This document shows positions 16,135 to 26,312 of a DNA stretch of 64,000 nucleotides, piece after piece. The stretch's first letter is position 1, and the number at the start of each line of letters is the position of its first letter. Source of the stretch: an uncultured Candidatus Saccharibacteria bacterium (lineage in GTDB: Bacteria > Patescibacteriota > Doudnabacteria > UBA920); the NCBI GenBank assembly GCA_964532005.1, contig CAZHER010000003.1, positions 21,399 to 85,398 on the forward strand, given 5' to 3'. The notes below the pieces were generated by a model. The model did not search any database. It was not told the origin of the DNA and worked only from the letters and a program-made list of their open reading frames with translations. A program made the translations under genes and the position numbers.

Positions 16135-17425
16135 GGTAAATCAATATGCTTTCGTACTGGGCCGAGTCCATACCCTTTCCTTGGCCGAGCTATTTATTTT
16201 ATTTAAAAAATCCAATCTTGAATGCAAAGTTTTAGATGCTTCCCAAGAAGTTTTAGTTATTGAAACAGAAAGTACGTTGGATCCAGAAAAATGGCAGAAA
16301 ATGCTCGGGGGTACTATTAAGATTTTGAAGATCGTAGATGTGTTGAAAAAGCGTCCCCAAGATTCTGTTAACTTTGCGCTTCAACACTATTTTCGGCCTT
16401 CTCGAATGAAGAAAGATTTTCTGAAGAGCTACACCGGCAAAATTCAGTTCGGAATAAGTGTCTACTTGCTCGACACCGAAACCAAAGCTTTTGGTGAACC
16501 AAAACGGGTCGGCATGTTTATTAAAAGAGCTATGCAGGACAGCGGTGCCAGCATTCGTTTGGTTCTTCCCGAGTTTAACTCCCTGGCTTTAGCCTCGGTT
16601 GTAGTGACCAAAAACGGATTGCTTAATAAAGGTGCTGAAATTTGCATTCTTGCAGGAATTGAAAAAGTATATACAGCCAAAACTTTAATAGTTCAAGATT
16701 TTGAAGATTACGGAAGGCGTGACTATCAGCGCCCTATTCGCGACGACAGGCGCGGAATGATTCCACCGAAAGTTGCCCAAATGATGCTCAATTTTTCAGA
16801 AACCAAAGCTGGAGATACAATTCTGGATCCATTTTGCGGGATTGGCACTTTGGTGCAGGAGGGGGCGTTGCTCGGATACAGAATGCTTGGTACTGACATT
16901 GACCCAGTTGCAATTTCTGGAAGCGATAAGAATTTAGAGTGGTTTAGGAATAGGTATAAAATTCCTAAAGGGAAATATCACTTAGAGGTTTCGGATGCTC
17001 AGACAGTTTCGGGGGTTGTAGAGAAACTACTCACGCTTAACATTTTTAAGCAGGTTTCCGCGATAGTTACTGAAGGCAATCTTGGCCCTATGTATTCCCA
17101 ATACCCAAAAGTTGAGGAAATTAAAGCTAACTTTAAGACCCTTGGACAATTGTATCAAAATAGCTTTAAAGAATTCTTAAAGTTTATGCCGAAAAAAGCC
17201 AATATTGTGATGTGCCTCCCTGCCTATAAAAAAGGGCAAAATGATTATGAATTATTTCCCAATCTTGACTTATTGACCAATTTAGGCTACAATGTTTCAA
17301 GTTTGATCCCTTCTAATTTGGCTAATTCATTTCCTTTTATAAGGCTTACTGAACGCGGTTCCGCTATTTATGACCGCAAAGACCAAATTGTTGCCAGGGA
17401 GATCATTCGTTTCGAAAAGCAGTAA
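16133..17425 (+). CDS. putative SAM-dependent RNA methyltransferase (THUMP/Trm11/UPF0020-like)
   Basis: Motif I DPFCGIGTLVQEGALLGY, then acidic motif LGTDIDP; 430 aa. Confidence 0.55.
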   Translation: MVNQYAFVLGRVHTLSLAELFILFKKSNLECKVLDASQEVLVIETESTLDPEKWQKMLGGTIKILKIVDVLKKRPQDSVNFALQHYFRPSRMKKDFLKSYTGKIQFGISVYLLDTETKAFGEPKRVGMFIKRAMQDSGASIRLVLPEFNSLALASVVVTKNGLLNKGAEICILAGIEKVYTAKTLIVQDFEDYGRRDYQRPIRDDRRGMIPPKVAQMMLNFSETKAGDTILDPFCGIGTLVQEGALLGYRMLGTDIDPVAISGSDKNLEWFRNRYKIPKGKYHLEVSDAQTVSGVVEKLLTLNIFKQVSAIVTEGNLGPMYSQYPKVEEIKANFKTLGQLYQNSFKEFLKFMPKKANIVMCLPAYKKGQNDYELFPNLDLLTNLGYNVSSLIPSNLANSFPFIRLTERGSAIYDRKDQIVAREIIRFEKQ

Positions 17426-17440
17426 TTTATTTAATTTACA

Positions 17441-17779
17441 ATGGCCCATAAAAAAGCCGGAGGTTCTACCTCACTTGGACGAGATTCAGTTTCAAAGCGA
17501 CTTGGCGTTAAAGTTTACGGCGATCAGCGCGTTAACAAAGGTGAAATAATTGTTCGTCAGCACGGCACCAAATTTTATCCTGGAAAAAATGTTCGTCTTG
17601 CCGATGACTCTACTCTATACGCCGTGGTAGATGGAATTGTTAAATTCAAGAAAAAGATGATGACCAAGTTTCATGGAGGTTTGCGCAGGACTCGAGTAGT
17701 CGGCGTCGAACCTGCAACAGCTGTTGTTAAGCCGGTTAGTCCAGAAAAGAAATCTGTTTCAAAGTCAGGCGAGAAATAA
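17441..17779 (+). CDS. rpmA: 50S ribosomal protein L27 with about 25-aa C-terminal extension
   Basis: [51 protein letters not shown] is the canonical L27 core; an extra basic tail follows. Confidence 0.85.
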   Translation: MAHKKAGGSTSLGRDSVSKRLGVKVYGDQRVNKGEIIVRQHGTKFYPGKNVRLADDSTLYAVVDGIVKFKKKMMTKFHGGLRRTRVVGVEPATAVVKPVSPEKKSVSKSGEK

Positions 17780-17792
17780 TTTTTCAAATCAA

Positions 17793-17827
17793 AATGCCCC
17801 GCTTCCTCCGTAGCGGGGCATTTTTTG
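17793..17827. terminator. bidirectional rho-independent terminator (atgccccgc / gcggggcat) between convergent rpmA and the TPR gene
   Basis: 9-bp GC-rich stem and 10-nt loop, with T6 on the plus side and a T-rich minus side. Confidence 0.7.
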
Positions 17828-17830
17828 CTT

Positions 17831-18595
17831 TCAATGGCGGCTTTCGAAGAGGTATCCTTTAGCTGCTAGCTTGAAGTTGTAGGAAGTGTCCAGAATGTCT
17901 CCGCTTCGCTGGGCAGTCATTAGATCCAGCATGGCATCATCGTATCTCCCAAGCATTACTGCTGCCGAACCTCTGAGATAGAACGCTTCATCGCTGAACG
18001 GGTCTAACTGTAGTGCCGTATCCGCAGCTGCGTATGAGTCGTCGTATCTCCCGAGTTTATGGCAGCAACGCGAGTACATACCCCAGTGACAGCAGTTGGA
18101 GTCAATTGTTAGGAGAATTTCCATTGTGGCGGTGGCGCGGTTGAACTGGCTTTTGTTCCAATGATGTTCAAAAAGAGAGAAATAGAGCTCACTTTTTTCT
18201 TTCTTCTTGAAATTTGGACAAAACTTTTCCATCTCTTTTACAACCACTTCCATTTTTTGAAATTTGCCGAGCCTGCCGTAGGCAATTGCCAGGAAGCTCC
18301 ATAGGTCTTGGTTGAAATAGCCGAGACGGACTGCTTTCATACAATGTTTTATCCCCTGCCGGTTTCTGTCCTCGATGATGTGAGTCATACCGAGGAGCGC
18401 AAACGCTGGCGCAAACGAGGGGTCGTGATAAGACGAAATCTCAAAGAGCTTTCTTGCCTCTTTGACCCTGCTTTGGTTTAAAAGCCTGGTTCCAAAGCAA
18501 AAAAAGCCATTTGCCATTTTGCGACTTCTTTTGCTTTTTTTAACAGGACTTTTGACAAAGTCACGTGTAGGCTTCTTGGTTGTAATTAACTTCAT
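17831..18595 (-). CDS. TPR-repeat protein
   Basis: Repeated A/G/Y/L TPR-like helical pairs (AYGRLGKFQKM, YLRGSAAVMLGRYDDAM). Confidence 0.55.
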   Translation of the reverse strand: MKLITTKKPTRDFVKSPVKKSKRSRKMANGFFCFGTRLLNQSRVKEARKLFEISSYHDPSFAPAFALLGMTHIIEDRNRQGIKHCMKAVRLGYFNQDLWSFLAIAYGRLGKFQKMEVVVKEMEKFCPNFKKKEKSELYFSLFEHHWNKSQFNRATATMEILLTIDSNCCHWGMYSRCCHKLGRYDDSYAAADTALQLDPFSDEAFYLRGSAAVMLGRYDDAMLDLMTAQRSGDILDTSYNFKLAAKGYLFESRH

Positions 18596-18652
18596 AGCCT
18601 AGTCCTCCTTTTATTTCATTTCATAATGTAGAACATTCGTATTATACAATAA

Positions 18653-18685
18653 AAAGCCGGTTTAGTCAACCGGCTTTTTATTTTT
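18653..18685. terminator. terminator hairpin (aaagccggtt / aaccggcttt) downstream of pyrG
   Basis: Perfect 10-bp stem with T-runs on both sides. Confidence 0.6.
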
Positions 18686-18694
18686 AATTTTTTG

Positions 18695-20392
18695 TTATTT
18701 CTTTGTTTTCTGCGCTGCCTGGATGAACCCGTTGAACAAGGGGTGCGGGGCAAATGGTCTTGATTTAAATTCAGGATGGAATTGACTTGCTACAAAAAAT
18801 GGATGGTCTTTTAATTCAATTATCTCCACCAATTTTCCATCAACAGATGTTCCAGAAATAACCAGTCCTGCTTTTTCCAGTTTGGATTTGTAGGTATTAT
18901 TGAACTCATAGCGATGGCGGTGACGCTCAGAAATTTTCGCAGACCCTGTTTTGTTCAACCACTTGCCAGCAATATATGCTTTGTCAGTTGTTGTTCCCCG
19001 CTTTACTATACAATCCCAAGCACCAAGACGCATGCTGGCACCGTAGTCTTTGTTAAGCATTTTCTTTTCCTGGTCAGGCATAATGTGAATTACTGGGTGC
19101 GGGGTTTTTTCATCCACTTCAGTTGTATTGGCTCGGCGAAGTTTGGCTACATTTCTGGCAAATTCTATGGTTGCCATTTGCATACCATAGCATAGCCCCA
19201 AATACGGGATCTTGTTTATTCTGGCGTACTTTATTGTTTCAATCATGCCTTCTGTGCCGCGACTACCAAAACCCCCTGGCACTACAATGCCATGGAAGGC
19301 TCCTAAAACGGCTTTGGCGCCCTCTTTTTCTACTTTCAGGCTAGATACCCATTCTAGCTCAAATTGGACATTTTGGGCCCAACTGGCGTGTTTTATAGCC
19401 TCAACTACAGAAATATACACATCTGCCAGCTTAAATGCCCCAGTTTCAAAGTATTTGCCCACAACCCCAATTTTAATCACTTTTTTCGAGCGACGGAGAG
19501 TAGTAATTCTGTTGGTGAGCTTCGTCCAGTTGGTCATGTTTTTCTTGCGAGTCGGCATTTTGAATTTCTCTAAAATCTTTTCTGTCAGTTTCTGCTGGTC
19601 GAAATTCATCGGCACCCGATAGATGGTATCTACGTTAGGAGCAGAAATTATATTTTCTTTAGGGATATTTGTAGTCCAAGCTAAAGTTTCCTTGCGTCTG
19701 TCGTCCAATGCCAGTTCTGCCCGGGCTACCAAAAAGTCAGGTTGAATTCCGGAAGCTATGAGTTGTTTTACGGAATTTTGAACTGGTTTAGATTTCATTT
19801 CTCCTACGCTTGGCGGTGTGGGAAGATATCCCACATGAATATGAATTACATCGCGGTTATCCCGGTATTTCATTATACGATTAGCTTCTATGAACAAAAT
19901 ATTTTGGTATTCACCTACAGTTCCTCCTACTTCAACAATCACAAAGTCAGCTTTGCGCTTTTTTGCCGCCAGCTCAAACCGACGGATCATTTCCTCCGGA
20001 ACATGCATAGCAACTTCCACATCCTCCCCACCGTATTCAAAGTTGCGCTCCTTTTCAATTATGGTTTTGTATATTTGTCCGTTGGTGAGATAGTTGGCAG
20101 AAGACAAATCGGTATTCATAAAACGTTCGTAATTGCCAATGTCTTGGTCGGTTTCCATGCCGTCATCGGTTACGAATACTTCACCATGTTCCTGTGGGCG
20201 GATTGTTCCTGCATCTACGTTTAGGTAAGCATCGCACTTTACAGGAGCAACTGTGTATCCGCGAGATTCTAAAAGAGCAGCGATAGAAGAAGTGGTAACG
20301 CCTTTTCCAACCGAGGAGATTACGCCCCCAGATATAAAAATGAATTTGGTGTGGAGTTTTCCCGCTTTACGCGGCTTTACATGGTATGACAT
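18695..20392 (-). CDS. pyrG: CTP synthase
   Basis: N-terminal synthetase P-loop FISGGVISSVGKG and GATase region GLCYGMQ; 565 aa. Confidence 0.9.
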   Translation of the reverse strand: MSYHVKPRKAGKLHTKFIFISGGVISSVGKGVTTSSIAALLESRGYTVAPVKCDAYLNVDAGTIRPQEHGEVFVTDDGMETDQDIGNYERFMNTDLSSANYLTNGQIYKTIIEKERNFEYGGEDVEVAMHVPEEMIRRFELAAKKRKADFVIVEVGGTVGEYQNILFIEANRIMKYRDNRDVIHIHVGYLPTPPSVGEMKSKPVQNSVKQLIASGIQPDFLVARAELALDDRRKETLAWTTNIPKENIISAPNVDTIYRVPMNFDQQKLTEKILEKFKMPTRKKNMTNWTKLTNRITTLRRSKKVIKIGVVGKYFETGAFKLADVYISVVEAIKHASWAQNVQFELEWVSSLKVEKEGAKAVLGAFHGIVVPGGFGSRGTEGMIETIKYARINKIPYLGLCYGMQMATIEFARNVAKLRRANTTEVDEKTPHPVIHIMPDQEKKMLNKDYGASMRLGAWDCIVKRGTTTDKAYIAGKWLNKTGSAKISERHRHRYEFNNTYKSKLEKAGLVISGTSVDGKLVEIIELKDHPFFVASQFHPEFKSRPFAPHPLFNGFIQAAQKTKK

Positions 20393-20404
20393 TTGCTTAA
20401 ATTC

Positions 20405-20848
20405 CTATTGTTTATTTATGATAATTGTTATTTCCGCAGAAATTCCGCTTCCCAGCTTGGCTTTTATTTTGTGTTCCCCAAGCGTTTTTAGTGGCGCCGT
20501 GGTTACTTGGTGCTTTTCAAGTTTGCTCCCAGTTCTCGAGTTTATTAGCTCTATAATATCTTTGTCATGAATACTGTTAAAGATTTGTCCTTGCTCACCT
20601 ACCTTGACCTGAATTTCAAATTTTTGTGATTCAAGTTTTTCTTTGAGCTGTTTTAGTTGTAACATCTCTTTTTCTTGCTTGCTTTTTGCTTCTTTATCTT
20701 CCTTGACTTTTCTTTCAACAGTTTCTTTATTGGCTATTTTTGCCATTCCTTTTTTGATAAGGAAATTGTTACCATAGCCTTCGCTGACTTCTTTAATATC
20801 ACCAATCTTGCCCAGCCCAGGTACTTGCTTAGTTAAAATTACTTTCAT
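20405..20848 (-). CDS. rplI: 50S ribosomal protein L9
   Basis: MKVILTKQVPGLGKIGDIKEVSEGYGNNFLI is the L9 N-domain; 147 aa. Confidence 0.85.
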   Translation of the reverse strand: MKVILTKQVPGLGKIGDIKEVSEGYGNNFLIKKGMAKIANKETVERKVKEDKEAKSKQEKEMLQLKQLKEKLESQKFEIQVKVGEQGQIFNSIHDKDIIELINSRTGSKLEKHQVTTAPLKTLGEHKIKAKLGSGISAEITIIINKQ

Positions 20849-20943
20849 TCTTCTTGTATAAATTTAACAACAAAAAAACTCCCTATTTGAGAGTCTGGTC
20901 GCTTTTGGGGCATTTCTGCCCTTAGAAAATGCGGCTCTTTTTT

Positions 20944-20971
20944 AGTATATAGTATTGTCTGGATAATGCAA
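20944..20971 (-). promoter_or_regulatory. candidate promoter TTGCAT-16 nt-TATACT for rplI
   Basis: Hexamers on the minus strand between the ftsX stop and the rplI start. Confidence 0.3.
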
Positions 20972-20974
20972 GAG

Positions 20975-21892
20975 CTATATTTTTAAATATCTACGAATAG
21001 CCAGCATTGATGAGATTATGCTTAGTAATAGCGCAATTATAAGCTGTAACGCGACTAACACCGGAAAGCTGATAAAGTTTGAGCTGAAAATATCATTACC
21101 GGGGTTAAGGTACATATTTATTGTCGGAACAATTTTTGTATAAAAAGGGATTAAAAGCCCGCTGGTGACAAAAGTGGCAACGATACTGTACATCAAAGCT
21201 TCAATAATGAAAGGTCCGCGGATGTACCAGTTTGTCGCCCCCACCAGGCGCATTATTTCTACTTCCTCTCTTCTGTTATATATTGTCAGAGTAATGGTAT
21301 TGAAAATTACCAGAATGGCAATTAAAGAAAAAACGCTGACAAGTCCGATTCCGCCAACAACAACAAATTGTAAAAGCACGCGCAGTCGTTCTATGGTTTT
21401 ACGGTTGTCCTCGTAATTTACTTCGTCAATGCTATTTTTATATTTATCACCTTTTAGCTTTTCGGCAATGGCCGGATAGTCCTCAAGAGTTTGCCCTTTA
21501 ACTTGGAGGGTTGCAGGGAAAGGGTTTTCGCTAAGCTCTTTTACAGACTCCACTAACAGCGGGCTGTCTTGATGGCGGTCTTTAAAGTTTTGCAGTACTT
21601 GGTCTGATGATACGTAATTTACCTCTTTAACTTTTGGATCGCTTTCTAAATCACGTTTTACAGCCAAAACCTGGCTTTCACTAAGACCGGTTTTAAAATA
21701 TGCACTAATATCGACCCGCTCTCGTATGCTGTTAACAGAATAGTTAGTGATAACAAAAAGGATAAACATAACCGACAGAATTATCAAAGTTACAATCATA
21801 ATTAAAGTTGCCGCTGCTGAAAGCCAGCGGTTGCGCCAAAAATTCGTGATCCCGTTTCTTAGTATTCTGCCTAAAGAGATTAAATTATGCAT
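20975..21892 (-). CDS. ftsX: cell-division permease FtsX-like
   Basis: Four TM segments with a large periplasmic loop; coupled to ftsE by ATGA. Confidence 0.8.
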   Translation of the reverse strand: MHNLISLGRILRNGITNFWRNRWLSAAATLIMIVTLIILSVMFILFVITNYSVNSIRERVDISAYFKTGLSESQVLAVKRDLESDPKVKEVNYVSSDQVLQNFKDRHQDSPLLVESVKELSENPFPATLQVKGQTLEDYPAIAEKLKGDKYKNSIDEVNYEDNRKTIERLRVLLQFVVVGGIGLVSVFSLIAILVIFNTITLTIYNRREEVEIMRLVGATNWYIRGPFIIEALMYSIVATFVTSGLLIPFYTKIVPTINMYLNPGNDIFSSNFISFPVLVALQLIIALLLSIISSMLAIRRYLKI

Positions 21893-22569
21893 TATAGCTT
21901 GTAGGTTCCTTTGGCCTGCTCAATGGTTATTTGACCACCTTCAATTGTCAGCACGCGCTTCCCTATTTTGTTAACTAGATCTGCGGCGTGAGTTGCCAGA
22001 ATTACTGTTGTCCCCAGCTTATTGATTTTCATTAAAAGATCTAAAACTTCGTTGGCGTTAACTTCGTCTAAATTCCCTGTAGGTTCGTCTGCCAGAAGCA
22101 AAACCGGTCGGTGAGCTAAAGATCTAGCAATGGCAACGCGCTGCATTTCTCCGCCTGACATTTCATGAGGAAAATTTTGTTGTTTATGAAGCAACCCAAC
22201 TAGTTCTAGAATTTTGGGTACATCTTTTTGTATTTTATCTTTTCTATGCCCAGAAACCTCCATCGCGAAAGCAACATTTTCATATGCTGTTAGTCTAGGA
22301 AGAAGTTTCATATCTTGGAACACAATTCCAATTTTTCGTCTGAGGTATGGAAGGTCGCTTTTCCGGACCGTTGACATATCTATATCGTCAATAAGGATTT
22401 GCCCATCATCCAAACTTTCTTCGCCTATTATGAGTTTCATCAAAGTCGACTTGCCTGCTCCAGACATTCCGACCAAAGAAATAAACTCGCCCTGATCGAT
22501 ATTAAGAGAAACATTGTTCAGAGCTTTGCTGTCACCGTAATATTTGGTTACGTTTTTAAAACGAATCAT
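21892..22569 (-). CDS. ftsE: cell-division ATP-binding protein FtsE
   Basis: Walker A GMSGAGKST, ABC signature LSGGEMQRVAIARSL and Walker B LLLADEPT. Confidence 0.9.
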   Translation of the reverse strand: MIRFKNVTKYYGDSKALNNVSLNIDQGEFISLVGMSGAGKSTLMKLIIGEESLDDGQILIDDIDMSTVRKSDLPYLRRKIGIVFQDMKLLPRLTAYENVAFAMEVSGHRKDKIQKDVPKILELVGLLHKQQNFPHEMSGGEMQRVAIARSLAHRPVLLLADEPTGNLDEVNANEVLDLLMKINKLGTTVILATHAADLVNKIGKRVLTIEGGQITIEQAKGTYKL

Positions 22570-22725
22570 ATAGTCAATTTGTACATTTATTATACCATAA
22601 TTTCTTATAATATTCCAAAAAAGATATTTGCATTTTGTTTTGATACGTGCGACAATGTAGCCGTTTATACAGAAATTTCCCGAAACGGCCGGGATGGAAT
22701 GTCGTGATAATAAAAAGGAGAATTT

Positions 22726-23136
22726 ATGAATAGACTAGGAAGAGTGGCTGTATTAATGCCAAGCCCTAACCCGATGTTTGACCATGATGATTTCATGACC
22801 CTTCGAGAACTCCTGAACGGCGTTCTTGGTCAGGAAAAAGTCATTTACAGCGAAGCAGAATATGGGACGGTTGGTTCTGTATTCGAGAGTAGGGCTGAGG
22901 ATATAGATTCGGCGATCTTTCTCCTACCTGGAGATATAGGCTACGAGTATCTTTCCAGCGTTACAGCGGCACAGGTATTCGGCAACAAAACCAAGATTTT
23001 GTTTTCTCTTACGCCGGTTTTGGGTGATACACGAGGCAAAGCATTTACGGTGTTTCGCTACCATAAATACCGGAAACATTTTTTGCGGCTGAAAAAAAAG
23101 ATCGAAAGGTTTTTGTTTCGAGCCGAGTTCGATTAG
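22726..23136 (+). CDS. hypothetical protein
   Basis: Good SD (AAAGGAG 7 nt upstream) and a 136-aa ORF with no motifs. Confidence 0.4.
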   Translation: MNRLGRVAVLMPSPNPMFDHDDFMTLRELLNGVLGQEKVIYSEAEYGTVGSVFESRAEDIDSAIFLLPGDIGYEYLSSVTAAQVFGNKTKILFSLTPVLGDTRGKAFTVFRYHKYRKHFLRLKKKIERFLFRAEFD

Positions 23137-23157
23137 CTTACCCAGGTCATGTAAAAA

Positions 23158-23196
23158 AATCGCGATTGGTCCCACAATGCCAGTCGCGATTTTTTA
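23158..23196. terminator. bidirectional terminator (aatcgcgattgg / ccagtcgcgatt, imperfect) plus T6
   Basis: About 11-bp stem with one bulge, between the convergent hypothetical gene and prfB. Confidence 0.55.
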
Positions 23197-23199
23197 ATT

Positions 23200-24291
23200 T
23201 TATTTTGCTGACATTTCTAAATATTTTTCAACAAAATCATCTATTTCACCATTGAGTATTTTTTCAGGGTCACTGTCTTCGAAATTGGTTCTGTGGTCTT
23301 TTACCATTTTATATGGATGTAGGACATAGCTTCTTATTTGATTTCCCCATTCTGCCGACTTAAACTCCCCTCTAAGCTCGTTTTTTTCTTCTGCAACTTT
23401 TTGGTCTTCTAGAGCTTGAAGTTTAGCTGATAATATTTTTAATGCCAGTTCTTTATTTTGATGTTGGCTTCTTTCATTCTGTATGCTCACTTTTAGTCCA
23501 GTTGGGATGTGTGTGATACGGATTGCTGAGTAAGTTGTATTAACACTCTGACCTCCGTGTCCGGAAGAAGTATTTGCCTCAATTTTTAAATCCTTCGGAT
23601 CTAGCTTAATTTGTTCTTGTTCTTCAAGTTCCGGTAGAAGCTCCAATAATGCAAAAGAAGTTTCCCTTGTATGAGCAGGATTAAATGGGCTTTGTCTGAC
23701 TAGTCTATGCACGCCCATTTCGCTTTTGAATAATCCATAAGCGTAAGGGCCCTTAACTGATACCATAACCGATTTAACCCCAGCATCCGTACCTTTGCTC
23801 ATCTCAACAATCTCAGTTTTAAAACCTCGGCGTTCTGAAAATCTTAAATACATCCGGAGGAGTATTTCAGTCCAATCTTGGGCGTCCACCCCACCTGCGC
23901 CGGCATGCAGGGCAAAAATTGCATTGTGGTCGTCATACTTTTTTGAGAGCAGTGCAATGAACCTATTTTTTCTATACCTTTCTTCTATTTCTTCGGTTTG
24001 CTTGGTTAAATATGCAACAGTTTCTTCTGATTCGTCAGTATTAGTTCGAACCATTTCTAGTAGTTCAGCAGCAGAATTTTCCAAGTCTGCCCAAAAATCA
24101 ACGAAACTTTTGGTTTGGGTATATTCTTGACTTATTTTTTGAGCTGTTTCATTGTCATCCCAAAATTTTGGAACTTGCATTTTTTCAGATAATTCTAAAA
24201 TCCTTTGTTCTTTTTGGTGAAGATTCAAATGTACTTTTAAAGACGTTATTTTTTCAGATATGTTTTCTAGTCTGCTGATTAAGGGGTTCAT
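23200..24291 (-). CDS. prfB: peptide chain release factor 2, uninterrupted (no +1 frameshift site)
   Basis: GGQ motif (SGHGGQSVNTT) and the RF2-specific SPF tripeptide (RQSPFNP); 363 aa in one frame. Confidence 0.85.
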   Translation of the reverse strand: MNPLISRLENISEKITSLKVHLNLHQKEQRILELSEKMQVPKFWDDNETAQKISQEYTQTKSFVDFWADLENSAAELLEMVRTNTDESEETVAYLTKQTEEIEERYRKNRFIALLSKKYDDHNAIFALHAGAGGVDAQDWTEILLRMYLRFSERRGFKTEIVEMSKGTDAGVKSVMVSVKGPYAYGLFKSEMGVHRLVRQSPFNPAHTRETSFALLELLPELEEQEQIKLDPKDLKIEANTSSGHGGQSVNTTYSAIRITHIPTGLKVSIQNERSQHQNKELALKILSAKLQALEDQKVAEEKNELRGEFKSAEWGNQIRSYVLHPYKMVKDHRTNFEDSDPEKILNGEIDDFVEKYLEMSAK

Positions 24292-24315
24292 TGGAATTGT
24301 TATTTTATGAATTTG

Positions 24316-24942
24316 CTATCCTCCGCCAAACAAGTCTTTTAGTCTTCTCCCCCATCCTTTCTTGGCGCTCGTTTTGGGCCTGTCGTCTATTTGTTTTTGA
24401 GTGAGGTGGTCGCGTCTGTCCGAATGTTGATCAGGTTTTATCTGTCCCGATTGAATCATGTCTCTGTACTTCTGGAGCATTCGTTCTGTTTCTGGGTTCT
24501 TTGGTTGCGAGTTTTCCATTTTCCAGTCTTGGATGGGAAATTTGAATCCGGTTTTTTCAAAAATCAGTTTTTCTACTTCGGACAGCACAGGCAGCACTCG
24601 ATTTTGGTCTATGTGGTAACGTTTGTCAAACTCATTGTTTATTTCCTCAACAACTAATTCGTATGATTTATTTTCAAAATAGACCTTTTTTAAAATTTCA
24701 AAGTTCCGCCTACTGAGTTCGTTGTTCTCAACAACCTCTTTTTCAATTTTTTCCATCGCTCTCTCAAAATCTATATGGTTGTTGTATTCTTGCTCGGGAG
24801 AGTGAGATATATCTATGTCGCCAATTAGTTTTTTGCGATCCTTTTCGTTTTCAGGTAACGGTACAAAAATATCTGGATCCAACTTGTCATCTGGCTCAGG
24901 TACTAGTTCCCATGGTTCTTTAGGTTTGTCGATTTCGTTCAT
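24316..24942 (-). CDS. hypothetical acidic or charged protein
   Basis: 208-aa ORF, low complexity and charged, with no motifs. Confidence 0.4.
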   Translation of the reverse strand: MNEIDKPKEPWELVPEPDDKLDPDIFVPLPENEKDRKKLIGDIDISHSPEQEYNNHIDFERAMEKIEKEVVENNELSRRNFEILKKVYFENKSYELVVEEINNEFDKRYHIDQNRVLPVLSEVEKLIFEKTGFKFPIQDWKMENSQPKNPETERMLQKYRDMIQSGQIKPDQHSDRRDHLTQKQIDDRPKTSAKKGWGRRLKDLFGGG

Positions 24943-24947
24943 GGTTG

Positions 24948-25433
24948 TTATTTATTACGAATATAGGTTGCGTAGGTATATTCTTCGTGGGGTTCTTCTT
25001 CAATTTTGGTCCAGTCATTTTCAAAATCAACTTCTGGGAAAAATGCGTCACCAGGGTATTCGCCGTGTACATGCGTCATATACATTTTGTCGGCTTTATT
25101 TAAAAATTGGGCGTACATCTGTGCACCACCGATTATATAAATATCTTCACTTTTCATTGCTTCAATTGCTTCTTCCGGACTTTTGAAAACCAAAACTCCC
25201 GTTGGGTAATCTTCAGGTTTATAATTTCTGGTAACCACAATATTTTTTCTGTTCGGTAGAGGTTTCCCTAAGCGCTTAAAAATGGAGTCGTAGGTTTTGC
25301 GGCCCATTAGTACAGTTTTTCCCGTTGTAATTTTTTTAAAATGTTTTAAGTCATCAGGAAAATTCCAAGGCAGGTCATTGTCACCACCAATCACTCTGTT
25401 TTTTGCTACGGCAACTGGCCCTAGAATTATCAT
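24948..25433 (-). CDS. folA: dihydrofolate reductase
   Basis: DHFR motifs [16 protein letters not shown] and IIGGAQMY. Confidence 0.85.
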   Translation of the reverse strand: MIILGPVAVAKNRVIGGDNDLPWNFPDDLKHFKKITTGKTVLMGRKTYDSIFKRLGKPLPNRKNIVVTRNYKPEDYPTGVLVFKSPEEAIEAMKSEDIYIIGGAQMYAQFLNKADKMYMTHVHGEYPGDAFFPEVDFENDWTKIEEEPHEEYTYATYIRNK

Positions 25434-26269
25434 ATTGCAATAGGAGCTTTAATTCCGGGATGAGGATCATATCCTTCTAGAGTAAAATCTTCGAAATTGA
25501 ATTCAAAGATATCTTTAACTTCTGGGTTAATTTTCATTTTCGGCATTGGTCTTGAATCACGGCTAAGTTGTAAGTTAACTTGCTCAATATGGTTATTGTA
25601 AATATGAGCGTCGCCAAAGGTATGGACAAAGTCTCCAAGCTCACAACCAGTTACTTGAGCCATCATCATGGTTAATAAGGCGTAAGATGCAATATTAAAA
25701 GGAACTCCCAAAAACACATCCGCGCTTCGTTGGTATAGCTGGCAAGATAGTTTGTTGTTAGCAACATAAAATTGAAACATGGTATGGCAAGGTGGCGGAG
25801 CGGTTTTTTTGCCTTTGATCAAAGTTTGCAAGTCCCCCACATTCCAGCCAGAAACAATTATGCGTCTTGTGTCGGGATTGTTTTTAATTAGATCAACCGC
25901 ATTAGCAATTTGGTTTATTTTAATTCCGTCTTTACCTTCCCAGGCAGTCCACTGTTTGCCGTAAATTGGGCCAAGGTCGCCATTCTCATCAGCCCACTCG
26001 TCCCAGATTGTAACGCCGTGTTCGTTTAGCCACTTGATATTAGTATCGCCTTTCAAAAACCAAAGCAATTCATAGATAATGGATTTTAGGTGGACCTTCT
26101 TGGTGGTAATTAAAGGGAAGCCTCCAGCCAAGTTGAACCTCATTTGATATCCAAAAATGCTTCTTGTGCCTGTGCCGGTACGGTCTTCTTTGCCTGTACC
26201 ATTCTCCATAATATATCTAAGCAGTTTTTGATACTGGATGTCGGTTGAGTTTTGGATTTGTTCTGTCAT
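25430..26269 (-). CDS. thyA: thymidylate synthase
   Basis: ThyA motifs DRTGTGT, LPPCH and the catalytic Cys region; coupled to folA by a 4-nt overlap. Confidence 0.9.
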   Translation of the reverse strand: MTEQIQNSTDIQYQKLLRYIMENGTGKEDRTGTGTRSIFGYQMRFNLAGGFPLITTKKVHLKSIIYELLWFLKGDTNIKWLNEHGVTIWDEWADENGDLGPIYGKQWTAWEGKDGIKINQIANAVDLIKNNPDTRRIIVSGWNVGDLQTLIKGKKTAPPPCHTMFQFYVANNKLSCQLYQRSADVFLGVPFNIASYALLTMMMAQVTGCELGDFVHTFGDAHIYNNHIEQVNLQLSRDSRPMPKMKINPEVKDIFEFNFEDFTLEGYDPHPGIKAPIAI

Positions 26270-26312
26270 GACTTTAGTTTTAATAATATATTTTGTAGCT
26301 GCCCTACCATTT

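Noticed and set aside
19123-20570. Multiple 60-160-aa plus-strand ORFs inside pyrG
   Set aside because: They are antisense to a strongly supported 565-aa CTP synthase gene and have no SD.
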